DNA of 64,000 nucleotides, taken from NCBI RefSeq assembly GCF_006345805.1, contig NC_043013.1:47182001-47246000 (forward strand), written 5' to 3'. This document shows positions 40,677 through 53,430 of this stretch, piece by piece (positions within the stretch are counted from its first letter, which is position 1; each line of letters opens with the position of its first letter). The position numbers and the translations under genes were made by a program. This DNA comes from Octopus sinensis. Lineage: Eukaryota. The notes beneath the pieces are model-generated. The model made no database searches and was not told the DNA's origin. It saw nothing but the letters and a program-made list of their open reading frames with translations.

Positions 40677-41961
40677 AAGTGTGAATATATTAATCACAAG
40701 AAGTAAATAATCATTCGCCAACACAATCAGAAAAGTGAATGAAGTTTAATGAATTATCGCCTGTCAAAATAAGCAAATGAATAAATCGATAAAGAGAGAG
40801 AGAGGTGAATGCCAAAAAACAGTTCACAATTCTAAGGTTTGCACTTGTACACAAGACATCACGACCGGCAGCCTTTAAGAAAGTCAGCCATCACCACCAC
40901 TATTACCTTAGAGGTGTTATCACCATCCCCCATGCAAAGACTACTAAACAACCACACGAACGCAACTTTTTGTGCCCCTGACTGATATCTAACTTCTTAC
41001 AATAAAAGGATCGCTTATAGACTCTTTTGCCTACCTCTGCATAACTGCGTGATTTTATTCTGATTGGTTTAACACAAATAAGAAAACCGGCTTCAATTCT
41101 GCTTTCTCCATTGCTTCAGTTTTTCTTTCTCGCACTGCCGGATATGTATTCATATCTAGATATGTATTCATATCTAAATGTGCGACTGATATCCACCTAT
41201 CACCCCTCAATTTCAAAGTTAGCAATGCCCCTCAGCCAGTAGTTTTTAAAATAGTAACTCTGAATGATATTGTCCTGATACACTGTCTGAATAAGAATAG
41301 TTGTCCGATAAGTCTGGGATCAAACAACATTTGCATTTTGCAAGATTGCTCGCCTATGGGATATAGAATATAAGTTCAACTTATGGAATCATAGCTGGCA
41401 AGCCTTACCGAGCTGCATCAAGGCCCGTCGAGCTTTGACAGATGTCAAAAGAGTAAGGCTGTCGGTGTTTAGGCACAGCTATTGTTATAAGCTGACTCTT
41501 TATTTGTGTTTAGATTTTGAATAATCCCAGAGAAAAATTTTGTTTTCTAACTGCATAGAATATTTCAGATCCCTATAAAAAACAAGAAAAAAAATTAAGA
41601 GCCAATCGTATTTGCATTCATTCCGAATGCAACACAGAACTTCACACCTCCAGCCATATTGTTCATATTTACAATCACCGACATTGCGTTTTCTCTGTTT
41701 TCATGTGTCGATGACTTTCAAGTGTTGCTGAGTAGAATATACTTCACCTGTGTTAGTCTTATAAGACTGAAACACCTCCATTACCTTCAGCTGTTGGCGT
41801 TAAAGACAAAAGTTACTTCCATTTGCATTGACTTTATTTGCCAATATTTTCGATAGACTGATATTATTTGGATTATCTTCGTTATTTGCTTTTAGATTCT
41901 AAACATTCCTAGACAAGATGTTAATCGACTAATTGCATCAACTAGTTTCAGTTAATCGAAA

Positions 41962-42222
41962 GTTTTTGCCGAACCGCTAAATTACGGGGACATAAACACA
42001 CCAACACCGGTTGACAAACACGTACAAAAACTCGCGCGTACACGCACACACATACATACATACACACACATACATACACATGCCACGGGTTTCTTTCTTT
42101 CCGTCTATCAAATACTTTCACAAGACTTTGGTTCGGTCGTGGTTATAATAGAAAACACCTGTCCAAAGTCGCAGGTAGTAGGACTGAACTCGGAACCATT
42201 TGATTGCTTCTCAACCACATGG
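41962..42222 (-). mobile_element. Diverged SINE family A
   Basis: 'tttgccgaaccgctaa.ttacggggac..ggactgaactcggaacca'. Confidence 0.65.
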
Positions 42223-43116
42223 ACACATGTTTGTAATGCCCCACTTTTGCGTATATCCATTGGTCCAAAATAACATATTACAAAACAACCAGGACGGAAA
42301 TGGAGTAGAAGAAATATTCGTAAAAATCATAGCTCATAAGCTTTAACTCCCTAAAACTCGCAGGTCAGGATTTGAAGCAATTAACAAATAAAAAAAATGA
42401 TTTGTTGGCCAACTAACCTTTACACCTACAAAAGATAAACAAATTTCTATACTAACAGCACCACCATCTAAATTTGATACGCCTTAATCAGCGCAACTGA
42501 TCATAGAGTCTTACGTGATTGACTGATAACCTCCATCCTCTGAAAACAAGCAGGTTAAATTCCCTAAATAACAAGATGCAAAGAAGTCTGCTGATCAACT
42601 CACCTTATCACCTACCTACATACTTTTGAAATTTTGTTTACAAATTTCATGATCCTACAACTGACACACTTAGATAAATACATCTAATTACAAAACCTTA
42701 AATCCTGGACTGGACCTTGAACTATAAATTTGACATTCTCAAAACATAAAAGGGGAAATCCCCCACTAGTATCCAAACAGAACCAACAGCAACTACACCT
42801 AGTTAAACATACGCTAATCCTTTCAACTCCCTACATTCTTTTATGAACCACTAAACTACAAACCCAAATCCCAAGCTGTCATACCTATATAGAAAAGCAT
42901 AATTACCAAGTACCGAAGGCATAACTGGGTTTTGAAGAATAGCAAAACCCCAACGTTAAAGAATTTTAAAATTTCCAAAATACCTTTCAATCACAACCTA
43001 TGCTACAAACTAATTATCAATCAACAGATTTTATTAAAGAATACCCAATGCCAAGACGAATTCAAATGTATCTCAGTCCGATGATGGCTTAGCAGGCCGG
43101 AGCTCCGGCATGACTC

Positions 43117-43482
43117 AGGCGTAGCTGTGTGGTAAGAAGCTTGCTTCCTAGCCACATGATTCCAGCACCACTGCGTGGCACCTTGCGCAGGTGTCTTCAG
43201 CTAGAACCTCGAGCAAACCAAAGCCTTATGAGTGGATTTGGTAGACGAAAGCCTAAAGATGCCTGTCGCATATCTGCGTGTGTGTGTTTCAGTGTCTGTG
43301 TTTGTCCTCCCACCATCGATTCACAACCTATATTGGTGGGTTTACATATCCGTAACTAAGCGGTTCGGCAAAAAAACTGATAGAAAATGTACTAGGCTTA
43401 CATAAAATAAATCATGTAGTCGAATTGTTCGACTAAAGGTGGTGCTCCAGCATGACCGCAGTCAAATGACTGAAACAAGAGA
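43117..43482 (+). mobile_element. Diverged SINE family A
   Basis: Head and tail match consensus. Confidence 0.8.
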
Positions 43483-43532
43483 ATAAGATAAATACATACT
43501 TGATACATACATACATATATACATATATATGC

Positions 43533-43621
<89 letters not shown>

Positions 43622-43981
43622 CCAATGTGTACGTACGCCGCTATATGTTTGCATATAAAAAATACAAAATGGGACAAGAACGCAAAGCATCCAGACAGTT
43701 AGGTGACACAAAAATGGGACAATAAAACATCCAGATATACGATACAAAGAGATCAAGGATGGGTCATTCGGAGTTTTCTTTCCTCAGTCGAGTTGCAGAT
43801 TATCTTTGCAATTTCGGCTGGTTATACTCAAGATTGCTCCAATCTGGCCAGCCCCAAGGAAAACCTAACCTAAGAGCATTAGATTCGTTGGAAGAAATCA
43901 GCGAATGTATACGAAAACAATGACGGAAAAAACGAAGCATGTTACACAAATACAAATAACAGAACATAACAACAGGTGTCT

Positions 43982-44029
<48 letters not shown>

Positions 44030-44034
<5 letters not shown>

Positions 44035-44240
44035 TGTTTGTTCCTTTTCAAGCCATACCTGGCTCATAGGGCCAGTTTTCCTGGTTTCCTTGGCGTATAG
44101 GTTCTCCACCTGGACGGGGCGCCGGTCCGTCGCAGGAGAGCTGCAAGTTGCAGGAGTAAAGATTGAGAGAAAGTTGTGGCGAAAGAGTCAGCAGAAGTTC
44201 TCCATTACCTTCTGCCGGAGCCACGTGGAGCTTAGGGCCC
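44030..44240 (-). mobile_element. SINE family B variant with V-like module, 5'-truncated
   Basis: Reverse complement of 12-216. Confidence 0.75.
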
Positions 44241-44425
44241 CCCGTGCAGGACAGAATCCCCTCCCTTCGTCCCTTCGTTTTAAGCTTCTTGACAAAGCCC
44301 TCTACTGTCCTCCCTTATGGGAGAGGACCACAAATTCTTATTCCGTATCACGGGGGTGATGTAAAATTTCCATCTTTAGTGGCACAACTCCCACCAAAGA
44401 TGCTTCGGGACACACCGGCAGTGTG

Positions 44426-45045
44426 TCACAACCCACCTGTGATGTCCCATTTTTCTTTTTCTTTATTTTTTTCCTTTGAGTTCCCCTCCCTCCCTCCCGC
44501 AACCCTCGGATCCTCCGGTGGGCAACTATTGTTGTTCACCTTTCGATCTTTTCCTTTTTTCAAGGAGTTTTCCACCTCCTCGACATTCTCCTTCTCTCTC
44601 TCCAATGAGGTAGCAGGGAGCGGTATTTTTATCAACTGCTCCAGGACCTTATTTTGGTCCTTACGACTGTTCATTTTGATATGACCCAGTTCCAGGCACA
44701 TCGACACTTGGGAATGTCTCTCAAGCATCAACGGATACCTAGACACGGCCATTCCCCAAAAATCTAGAAATACCAGATTTTCGGCTGATTGGGTCCATAG
44801 GATCAAAACAGGTTTTGACCCCTCCCAATCAGCCGCAGGCAGAATATTCACATTGAGGAGCTTGGTACTGCTCCCACCCAGACCCCGGCGGATAGTATCT
44901 TCTATCCACTCGGTCTCAAATCCGGGTGGCAAATCGCCGGCCCAAGCCCTCGTTAACTTCTTCCCACAATAAGTGGCAAGGAACAAAATTTCCTTGCCCT
45001 CCAGGAGCAAGGAAAACAGGGTTCTTAGCACACGACCACGCCTGC
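44426..45045 (-). mobile_element. Probable L1/Tx1-like ORF1 (gag-like) remnant, ~200 aa open frame
   Basis: FLATYCGKKLTRAWAGDLPPGFETEWI..., degenerate zinc knuckle (SMCLELGHIKMNS), then a charged low-complexity tail; GC-richer than flanks. Confidence 0.45.
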
Positions 45046-45061
45046 GCCTACATACACACAC

Positions 45062-45113
<52 letters not shown>

Positions 45114-45301
45114 TATATAAAAGGGCTTAGTAAAATAAATTACTTTGCCGCATACTGAACTCATTAGAAATAGTAGCTAAAAAAAACTTTTTTCAAACTA
45201 TTTCTAATACTTAAAGAAAACCTCTCTCATATAGTGTTTGCTCAATTCAACTCACGAAAGTATGGGGGTAAAGACATTAAAAAATCAAATGCAAAGGTTA
45301 T

Positions 45302-45352
45302 TGAGAACGTACGTTTCAAGATTAGTCAATCGACATTTCTATCATCAGCTCA
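45302..45352 (-). ncRNA. Minimal type I hammerhead ribozyme (inverted copy)
   Basis: Minus strand tgag-CTGATGA-tagaaatgtcgattgactaatctt-GAAA-cgtacg-TT-ctca. Confidence 0.7.
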
Positions 45353-45584
45353 GAACTCCTTGGTTTGGATTTGAAAACACTGAAAGTGGGAGCATACCCT
45401 TTCGGCTTCTTATCGCTTCTGAAGATCTGCTCGAACCTAACAGTGCCAGGGGGGAGAAGAAATTCTTCGCTTGCATATTTGAGTTTGCTGGCACTGTTAG
45501 GTTCGAGCAGATCTTCAGAAGCGATAAGAAGCCGAAAGGGTATGCTCCCACTTTCAGTGTTTTCAAATCCAAACCAAGGAGTTC

Positions 45585-45636
45585 TGAGCTGATGATAGAA
45601 ATGTCGAGTTGACTAATCTTGAAACGTACGTTCTCA
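45585..45636 (+). ncRNA. Minimal type I hammerhead ribozyme
   Basis: tgag-CTGATGA-tagaaatgtcgagttgactaatctt-GAAA-cgtacg-TT-ctca; stem I tgag/ctca, stem II aga/tct plus gtcg/tgac, palindrome AACGTACGTT at stem III; predicted cleavage after 45632 (GUU). Confidence 0.75.
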
Positions 45637-46143
45637 AATAACCTTTGCATTTGATTTTTTAATGTCTTACCCCCATATTTCGTGAGTTGAATTGAGCAAA
45701 CACTATATGAGAGAGGTTTTCTTTAAGTATTAGAAATAGTTTTTAAAAAGTTTTTTTAGCTACTATTTCTAATGAGTCAGTATGCGGCAAAGTAATTTAT
45801 TTTACTAAGCCCTTTTATATAATGTAATAATTTGGAATTCGCCTTAAATGGTCCCTTTGCATACTGAATACTTGGTGAAATTGATTAATAATTAATTAAT
45901 TTACCCTCAATTGTTGATTGAAATTATATTCATCTCTCTATATTTAATGCCTCGGATTTTACCGAAAAAAGCATAGGGTTTACTGATTTTAACCCACGCT
46001 GGTGGAAAGGGAAGAGCAGAAATTCTTCGCTTGCATATTTGAGTTGCTGGCACTGTTAGTTTCGAGCAGATCTTCAGAAGCGATAAGAAGCCGAAAGGGT
46101 ATGCTCCCACTTTCAGTGTTTTCAAATCCAAACCAAGGAGTTC

Positions 46144-46195
46144 TGAGCTGATGATAGAAATGTCGAGTTGATTAATCTTGAAACGTACGTTCTCA
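46144..46195 (+). ncRNA. Minimal type I hammerhead ribozyme (second tandem copy)
   Basis: Same motif; predicted cleavage after 46191. Confidence 0.75.
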
Positions 46196-46478
46196 AATAA
46201 CCTTGCATTTGATTTTTTAATGTCTTTACCCCCATACTTTCGTGAGTTGAATTGAGCAACAACTTATGAGAGAGGTTTTCTTTAAGTATTAGAAATAGTT
46301 TTTAAAAAGTTTTTAGCTACTATTTCTAATGAGTTCAGTATGCGGCAAAGTAATTTATTTTACTAAGCCCTTTTATATAATGTAATAATTTGAATTCGCC
46401 TTAAATGGTCCCTTTGCATACTGAATACTTGGTGAAATTGATTAATAATTAATTAATTTTACCCTCAATTGTTGAAAT

Positions 46479-46511
<33 letters not shown>

Positions 46512-48071
46512 GTATATATAATATATATATATGTATGTATGTATGTATACATAAACGTAAATATATGTATGTTTATGTTTATATGTATAAATAATATAAT
46601 ACATATGTGTATATATATATAGATATATATATATATATAATATATATATATATGTATACATAGTAGTATGATACATATGCCCCGTCTGTATTCTTGTGCA
46701 TTCTGTATTTTTATTAATACGTATGGACTGGAGATATTGTTGTTTTGCTTGTCTGGAACCATCATTAAGAAAATGTAGGAGTGCAATTTGTGTGACTGGT
46801 TCTGTTTTTCTTACGATAGTGTGCTTACATTTAGTTGAAGAGAAATTAACCTTTGATGATATTGATCATAATTCGAATATGGAAATAACTATTTGCTGCC
46901 GACATGGAGAAAAAATACATAGAGCAGACAATTTCATCCAGGAACGGTTGATATTTTCTGCTCAAACAGCTTACTTAGTGGTGAAAAATTGTCTGGTGAA
47001 GAAAATAATAGCAATATTTATTAAATATTACATGCATAAAGAATAATAAATAGATAACATTTTATAAACAAGATGGAACTATTGTGATTGGAAAATATAA
47101 ATATAAACATTTTTCTTTAAATGGAAACTTTCAGCAATTTAAAAGTGTTCCACAAGTTTTCTTTGTTAATTCTGTTTTTATCTTTAATTGCATACATACT
47201 TATTTCGGTTTCTATATGTCTGTATATTATTTTGAGCAATGTAGTATAGGTAGTAATATCTCGTTGCAAACTTGTAAACAGGTTTCGATTTCCAGTTCCA
47301 GTTATTTGACTGCTTTTTACACAACTTCCTTTCTTTCCTTCTTTGTAATAAAGTTGACTGGAATGACCGTGAATGAAGCTTGTGTTTAGGTTGGTTATGA
47401 CCACACTTTGAATGATGAAAATAATTCCTATCCGTAAGTACTTTCCGTAATTCATCCGGAATTCCAAACCGTAAGACTTTTGAAATTTTTTGTTCGTAAT
47501 GTCGTTCTTGTAGACATCGGAGGAATGAATCTTATAAAATATCTACGTTCATTCATGACCATATATACTGAATACAGGTCATGAACATCTGGAAAGACAG
47601 AGTCAGTGAGTCTATTAAACTAGAAATAACAAATCTCTGTAGCAGTGAAGAGATATTACTATGATAAAACCTCTAGTGACTGGGATATGTCGAAAGACTA
47701 GATAAAACCCAGTAAGATGAATACTAAATTTACGAATGGCGCGAGATACGGGTCATCAAAGTAGAACTCGACTTGAGAAGACTGCATACTGATAGCCATA
47801 AGTGACAAAGTAAGCCAGGATAAAAAGCTTTGAAGGAGAGTGATCCGTTGCAGACACCGTGACTCATTCATACAGAGAGTCATCAGTGATATTGATGAAC
47901 AGCTTACGATAATGAATGTCATCTTAGATGTTTATCGATCAAGCTTGTACTTGTAATGATCAGTCACGTTTGCTAACTAGTAATTCAAAACTTCAATAAC
48001 TGATAGTGTTCTGTCAACTAATTCATAGTTTGTAGCTACGTATTTATTATTTACGTCATTAATACATTTTT

Positions 48072-48481
48072 GGATCTTTTCGATTTGAACGGCAGTTTTT
48101 TCTAGCGGTGTCATATGAAATTGTCACCCATAATTATGACCTTAGTATCGATCTATTGCATTTCAATCTGTTTTAGGGTTAGGGTTAGGGTTATGGGTGG
48201 AGGGAAGAGTATCTTTTTTTCTTCACAAATGTAAATAAACCCAATCTGTTTCTTAAACGAGGGACATATTCATACGACACAGAATGTTTTTTTTACCTCA
48301 ATAGACGTCAGTGATTGGCAGAAATTGAAGAAAGAAAAAACAACAAATATCTTACAAACTATAGAATTTTCTCAATAAAGCCAAGATGTTTTATAAACAC
48401 ATTCTACCAGTATACGAAGTTTAAAATTTTTTAGTTACCTAGAAATTATGTTAAAAACTGTCGTTCAAACCGAAAAGATCC
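48072..48481 (+). mobile_element. TTAGGG-containing MITE
   Basis: Both TIRs present; imperfect TSD (cattttt / cattttat). Confidence 0.9.
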
Positions 48482-48984
48482 CATTTTATATTGTTAGAAA
48501 TTTCCAGTCCATAAAGACGAGTCTGATGTATCTCTTAATTTCGTATTTTCTTAATATGATTTGTAAAAGTGCTTTCTTAAATTACAGTGAGGAACACAAT
48601 TTTAGTTCAGTTAGATCTGACATTTGTTTTTGAATAACTTTTGGCCACTGGATTGGAAATTGATCCCAATTTTTCTGTATCACGTCAAAATTTTCAGCAA
48701 TAGAGTACCTTCGCTTTGTCTAGCGTAAATAAGGTCTACTAACTCCTTGCATACATACTTTCATGAATTATTTGCAGACTACAATAGTAGTCACCTAGAT
48801 AGAACGGCCAGATGGGCCTGTAACCACTATCCCTGATAGATACGTGTATTTTACAAAAGCATGTATGGATATGCATCAGAAGATGAATAAATTACAAAAT
48901 ACAAAGTTATATCTTGAGATCGTTAGTGACAACAACGCTCAAGATATATAACAGACTGGAATAGTAGTGCTCAAATGAGCTCTT

Positions 48985-49400
48985 TCTCTTTTTTACTCTT
49001 TTTACTTGTTTCAGTCATTTGACTGCGGCCATGCTGGAGCACCGCCTTTAGTCGAGCAACTCGACCCCAGGACTTATTCTTTTGTAAGCCCAGTACTTAT
49101 TCTATCGGCTTCTTTTTGCCGAACCGCTAGGTGACAGGAACGTAAACACACCAGCATCGGTTGTCAAGCAATGCAAGGGGGACAAACACAGACACACAAA
49201 CACACACAGGCATACATATATATATACATATATATACGACAGGCTTCTTTCAGTTTCCGTCTACCAAATACACTCACAAGGCATTGGTTGGCCCGGGGCT
49301 ATAGCAGAAGACACTTGCCCAAGATGCCACTCAGTGGGACTGAACCCGGAACCATGTGGCTGGTTAGCAAGCTACTTACCACACAGCCACTCCTGCGCCT
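48985..49400 (-). mobile_element. SINE family A, full length
   Basis: Shares diagnostic variants with the 5881 and 12501 copies. Confidence 0.9.
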
Positions 49401-50774
49401 ATATACACATTTTTTAATCCGAGAGGAGGCAATGCGAGTAGCAACTCAGAAAACGAATATACATACATATACATTCACACAAATACTCCATACGAGAAAA
49501 GAACAGGGTAGAAACTTAGGCCGCAAACTCCAGAACAGAATCCCACCACACTTCAAACCAACAGTTCGCTCCCTTCAAAGCTTGCCATCTCTCCGCCACT
49601 CCACAAATCTGTTCTCTGTCCTCGTAACATCGAATCCTCTGCATTGATGTAATTGTCCACATTCATGCAATTGCATGCATCTTAGCACCAAGTTAGCTTC
49701 CATCTTCCATCTTGAAACAGGAACTAGACTCTTAAGGATGGAAGACAAGCTGAGCCAACTGACTGATCAATAACTGTGACTTATTTTTCGGAGGGAAATT
49801 TGAAACTGGCTATAGGCTGCCATGCTTTTCAAAACACCACCTTAAATCACCATATTTAAAAACCTCTCGCTCCTTAGTAATAAAATAAAAATAATAATTG
49901 ACCAGTCCTATTACTTACGGACAAACAATACAATTGTACTTACTCAGAGAGTAAACTACAGCAAAAACATAATAATAAACTAATTGTAGTTTCGAAATCG
50001 GCATACCAATTTCAGTCAAAATCAAGTGAAAAAACTCAATGGAAACTATGCTCAAATTTGTTTGCGTGTTGAGCAGTTTAGGCCATCAAATTGTGCTGAT
50101 AGAGTATAGAAGATAATGAGATTACTGGATCACAGAGACGTTATTCAGTGACTTTGTTGAATTGTTATTGAAGTACTATTTAAATGATTTAGGGAATGTT
50201 TTTGCTTAAAAAAATTACTTTTATTGCAGAAAATATATATATATGTCTTCTGCACTATGTCATACGTCGCCATCATACTTAAGCTTACAAGAGTGTATAC
50301 ATACTCAAACGCACACAGCACTACATACAGGTGTGTGTGTGTGTGTGTTTGCATGTGTGTGAATGTATGTGTGTGAGAGAAGGAGAAAGAGAGGGAAAGT
50401 GAAGAGCTGAGAGATAGAAAACGAAATGCTGAGAGGGAGAAATCCGTTTGTCTGTCTGTGTGTGCATGTGTTTCCCCCCTCTATCTCTCAATCATTTTCA
50501 AATTGCTGAAACACATCTGGCGAGGTTCCCAAATTCATTTTTTTTTACAAAATTTCACATGATGTCATTAATTTGTTTTGACTAAACAAAATATATAAAC
50601 ACAATTGTAAATCAGCAAAACATTCGCCAGTCAATGAAATAATTTAATTTATACTTTACGTATATATTACTTCAAATCAATTTGGACTTCTTGGAAAAAG
50701 CTGTCGATCAAATTTGTAACATATGATTTTAAACATGTTCACTTATTCTGCATCTACAAGTAAATAACAGCTTA

Positions 50775-50951
50775 TTGTTGTATTTAGGAATGGTCATTTT
50801 GCCAGTTTAGCCAATAAAAACACACGCACTATATGTTTGGTGTTAATTTGCTTCAACGTTATTTATTTTTTTACATTAATCTTAATCTTATTTCGGCCAG
50901 AGTTCTTTCGTCACACTCCTAAATACAAATGACCATTTCTAAATACAACAA
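50775..50951. mobile_element. Tc1/mariner-type MITE
   Basis: 25 bp TIRs TTGTTGTATTTAG(G/A)AATGGTCATTT with TA on both sides. Confidence 0.8.
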
Positions 50952-52126
50952 TATATGTTTCAACACACGACTTCACATCAAAAATCTTGCAAAACAAATA
51001 TATAAACGTAACAGCTTATTCTTTATCCTTTTATGATTTTTGCAGTAGTTTGATTTCCCCGCTCCATTCCTTTTCCCGGTCAAAGCTGAGCATAAATAAT
51101 TTTATTTCCTTTGGATGTTACATTTAAAAACAGTAAACATTATTGACTTCTTACAAACCTCGTGTGGGCCGTTCATAACAAATTTACGTGGTCGAGCGAA
51201 ATACGTTCTGCTTTAACGATCTGCTCGTCCAAAATGGCACCTACTTAACATACTATAACTCATTTTCCTTTTTAAAAATTCGTAACATTTTCCTTTAACT
51301 TGCCTTCTGCCCCTGACTTCCTTAGACTTCTACATTACAGTTATTATTGTACAAAGCGGTGAACCAGCATGGCCTCTGTCTAATGACTGAAGCAAGTAAA
51401 TGATAGGGCTTGGTATTCGACAGAGTTCTGATTTCGTTTCATATCTGCTTAATTTTTCGGTTAAGATTTCATGCAGTAAGGCAGCTACGTTTAGACGTGT
51501 CTTAATGATGAAGTGTTATAGAACAAAACTCTGTCTAGATTCGTCCTTGTATACCTAGAGGTCAAACGTATTCTTCTTTGCATTCCATACTTTCATTTCC
51601 AACATTTAAATTGTATTATTCATAGCAGGAGGGCTTTGGGGACTTATTAAGAAGCACATGATCAGTGTATGGGGTTGATGGTGTATAACCATTGCATTCT
51701 GCTGTATACGATTAAGCATTGTGTCATATCTGACACTTTGTGATATGTCACATCTGGCATCGTATCGTATATGTCACAGTGTAACCTTGGTGAAAGCTGT
51801 TAGTTCTTAATGATAGAGTCCGACAAAATCTAAGTGAAAATTTGAATAGGAGCAAGTGACAGTTAATGGGTATTTTCATGACTTACAGCGCTGTGTTACT
51901 GTCTTCTGAAAAACAAAAGCTATGTTATAGATCAGAGATCATTTGCCGACACATAAAATTGTTTCATAACTCAAGATGTAATATGAAATATGATACATGT
52001 ACCTTTGATCCCATCAAATTAATAATATTTTTGTCTTTATGCAAGAGAAATGAAGAAATAAAATACAATAAGATATGACGGCTTTTTCAAATGTCCACTT
52101 ATTAGTTTAATATTAATTTTGGGACA

Positions 52127-52710
52127 GGCGGTGAGCTGGCAGAAACGTTAGCACGCCGGGTGAAATGCGTAGCCATATTTCGTCTGCCGCTACGTTCTGA
52201 GTTCAAATTCTGCCGAGGTCGACTTTGCCTTTCATCCTTTCGGGATCGATTAAATAAGTACCAGTTACGCACTGGGGTCGATGTAATCGACTTGATCCCT
52301 TTGTCTCTCGTTGCTTGTCTTCTCTGTGTTTAGCTCCTTGTGGGTAATAAAGAAATAAGTATTTCGTCTGCCTTTACGTTCTGATTTCAAATTCCGCCGA
52401 GGTCGACTTTGCTTTTCATTCTTTCGGGGTCGATTAAATAAGTACCGGTTACGCACTGGGGTCGATATAATCGACTTCATCCGTTTGTCTGTCCTTGTTT
52501 GTCATCTCTGTTTTTAGCCCCTTGTGGGTAGTAAAGAAATAGGTATCTCGTCTCTTTACATTCTGAGTTCAAATTCAACCGAGGTGGACTTTGCCTTTCA
52601 TCTTTTCGGGGTCGATAAATTAGGTACCAGTTGCATATTGGGGTCGATCTAATCGACTGCCCCCCCTCTTCCAAAATTTCGGGCCTTTTACCTAGAGTAG
52701 AAAAAAAATA
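52127..52710 (+). mobile_element. SINE family C head plus three tandem body units
   Basis: Units restart at 'tat(t/c)tcgtc' directly after tail 'aaagaaata(a/g)g'; last unit has the alternative tail. Confidence 0.85.
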
Positions 52711-53229
52711 TTAAGTTTGGGAGTTCTCTCCCTTAACTTTTTGAAAATAACTGTCATTAACACATTATGGTCAACATTTCAATTGAATAATGGTTCTTTT
52801 TGCTTCATTACCTTAGGAAGCATATGTTGCATAAGTTGCAAGAAACACCTGAGATTTTCATTGACCGATCTGTGAAGTATTCTCAAATAATTAGAATATT
52901 TACGTCATGTAACTGTTGATACAGTGACAGCTTAAATGGGAATGTGGGCGAATAATGAAAATTTCATTTTAAGAATCTATTTAGAAGCCGTTGGACAGTG
53001 TCAGTTTTTAGTAATGATAGAAAGAAGGTGGTATATCTGATTTACACACAAATACACACACGCATGCACACACACTTACACACACATTAATACAATCTGG
53101 GTTATAAACTTAGTGTGCTTTCCAAAGCTCCGCTCCGGGTTTCGGCTACCAGTTGTTATCACAGTTTGATTTCTGTTACTGGATATACATATGGAAATCA
53201 GCAAATATCCGTAGACTATAAACAAACAT

Positions 53230-53246
53230 ACACACACATACATACG

Positions 53247-53318
<72 letters not shown>

Positions 53319-53362
53319 CATACATACACACACATATACATACATATATATATATATATATA

Positions 53363-53412
<50 letters not shown>

Positions 53413-53430
53413 AAGATACATATATACATA
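53230..53430. repeat. (TA)n/(CA)n microsatellite
   Basis: Directly visible. Confidence 0.95.

Larger units (their letters stand above)
45112..46482 (+). mobile_element. Hammerhead-bearing Penelope-like / retrozyme-like element: inverted copy plus two tandem copies
   Basis: 45112-45449 is the reverse complement of 45488-45823; 45458-45928 repeats at 46018-46482 (period 559); flanked by (TA)n on both sides; three hammerhead motifs. Confidence 0.8.

Noticed and set aside
43775-43862. Hammerhead-like ggctgg...ccagccGAAA on the minus strand in a TA-flanked segment
   Set aside because: No CUGANGA at the required position and no valid NUH geometry
45238-45650. Mirror-image ORFs on both strands
   Set aside because: Consequence of the palindrome; no RT or GIY-YIG motifs
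51720-51780. Cluster of 5-6 bp hairpins
   Set aside because: Short enough to arise by chance
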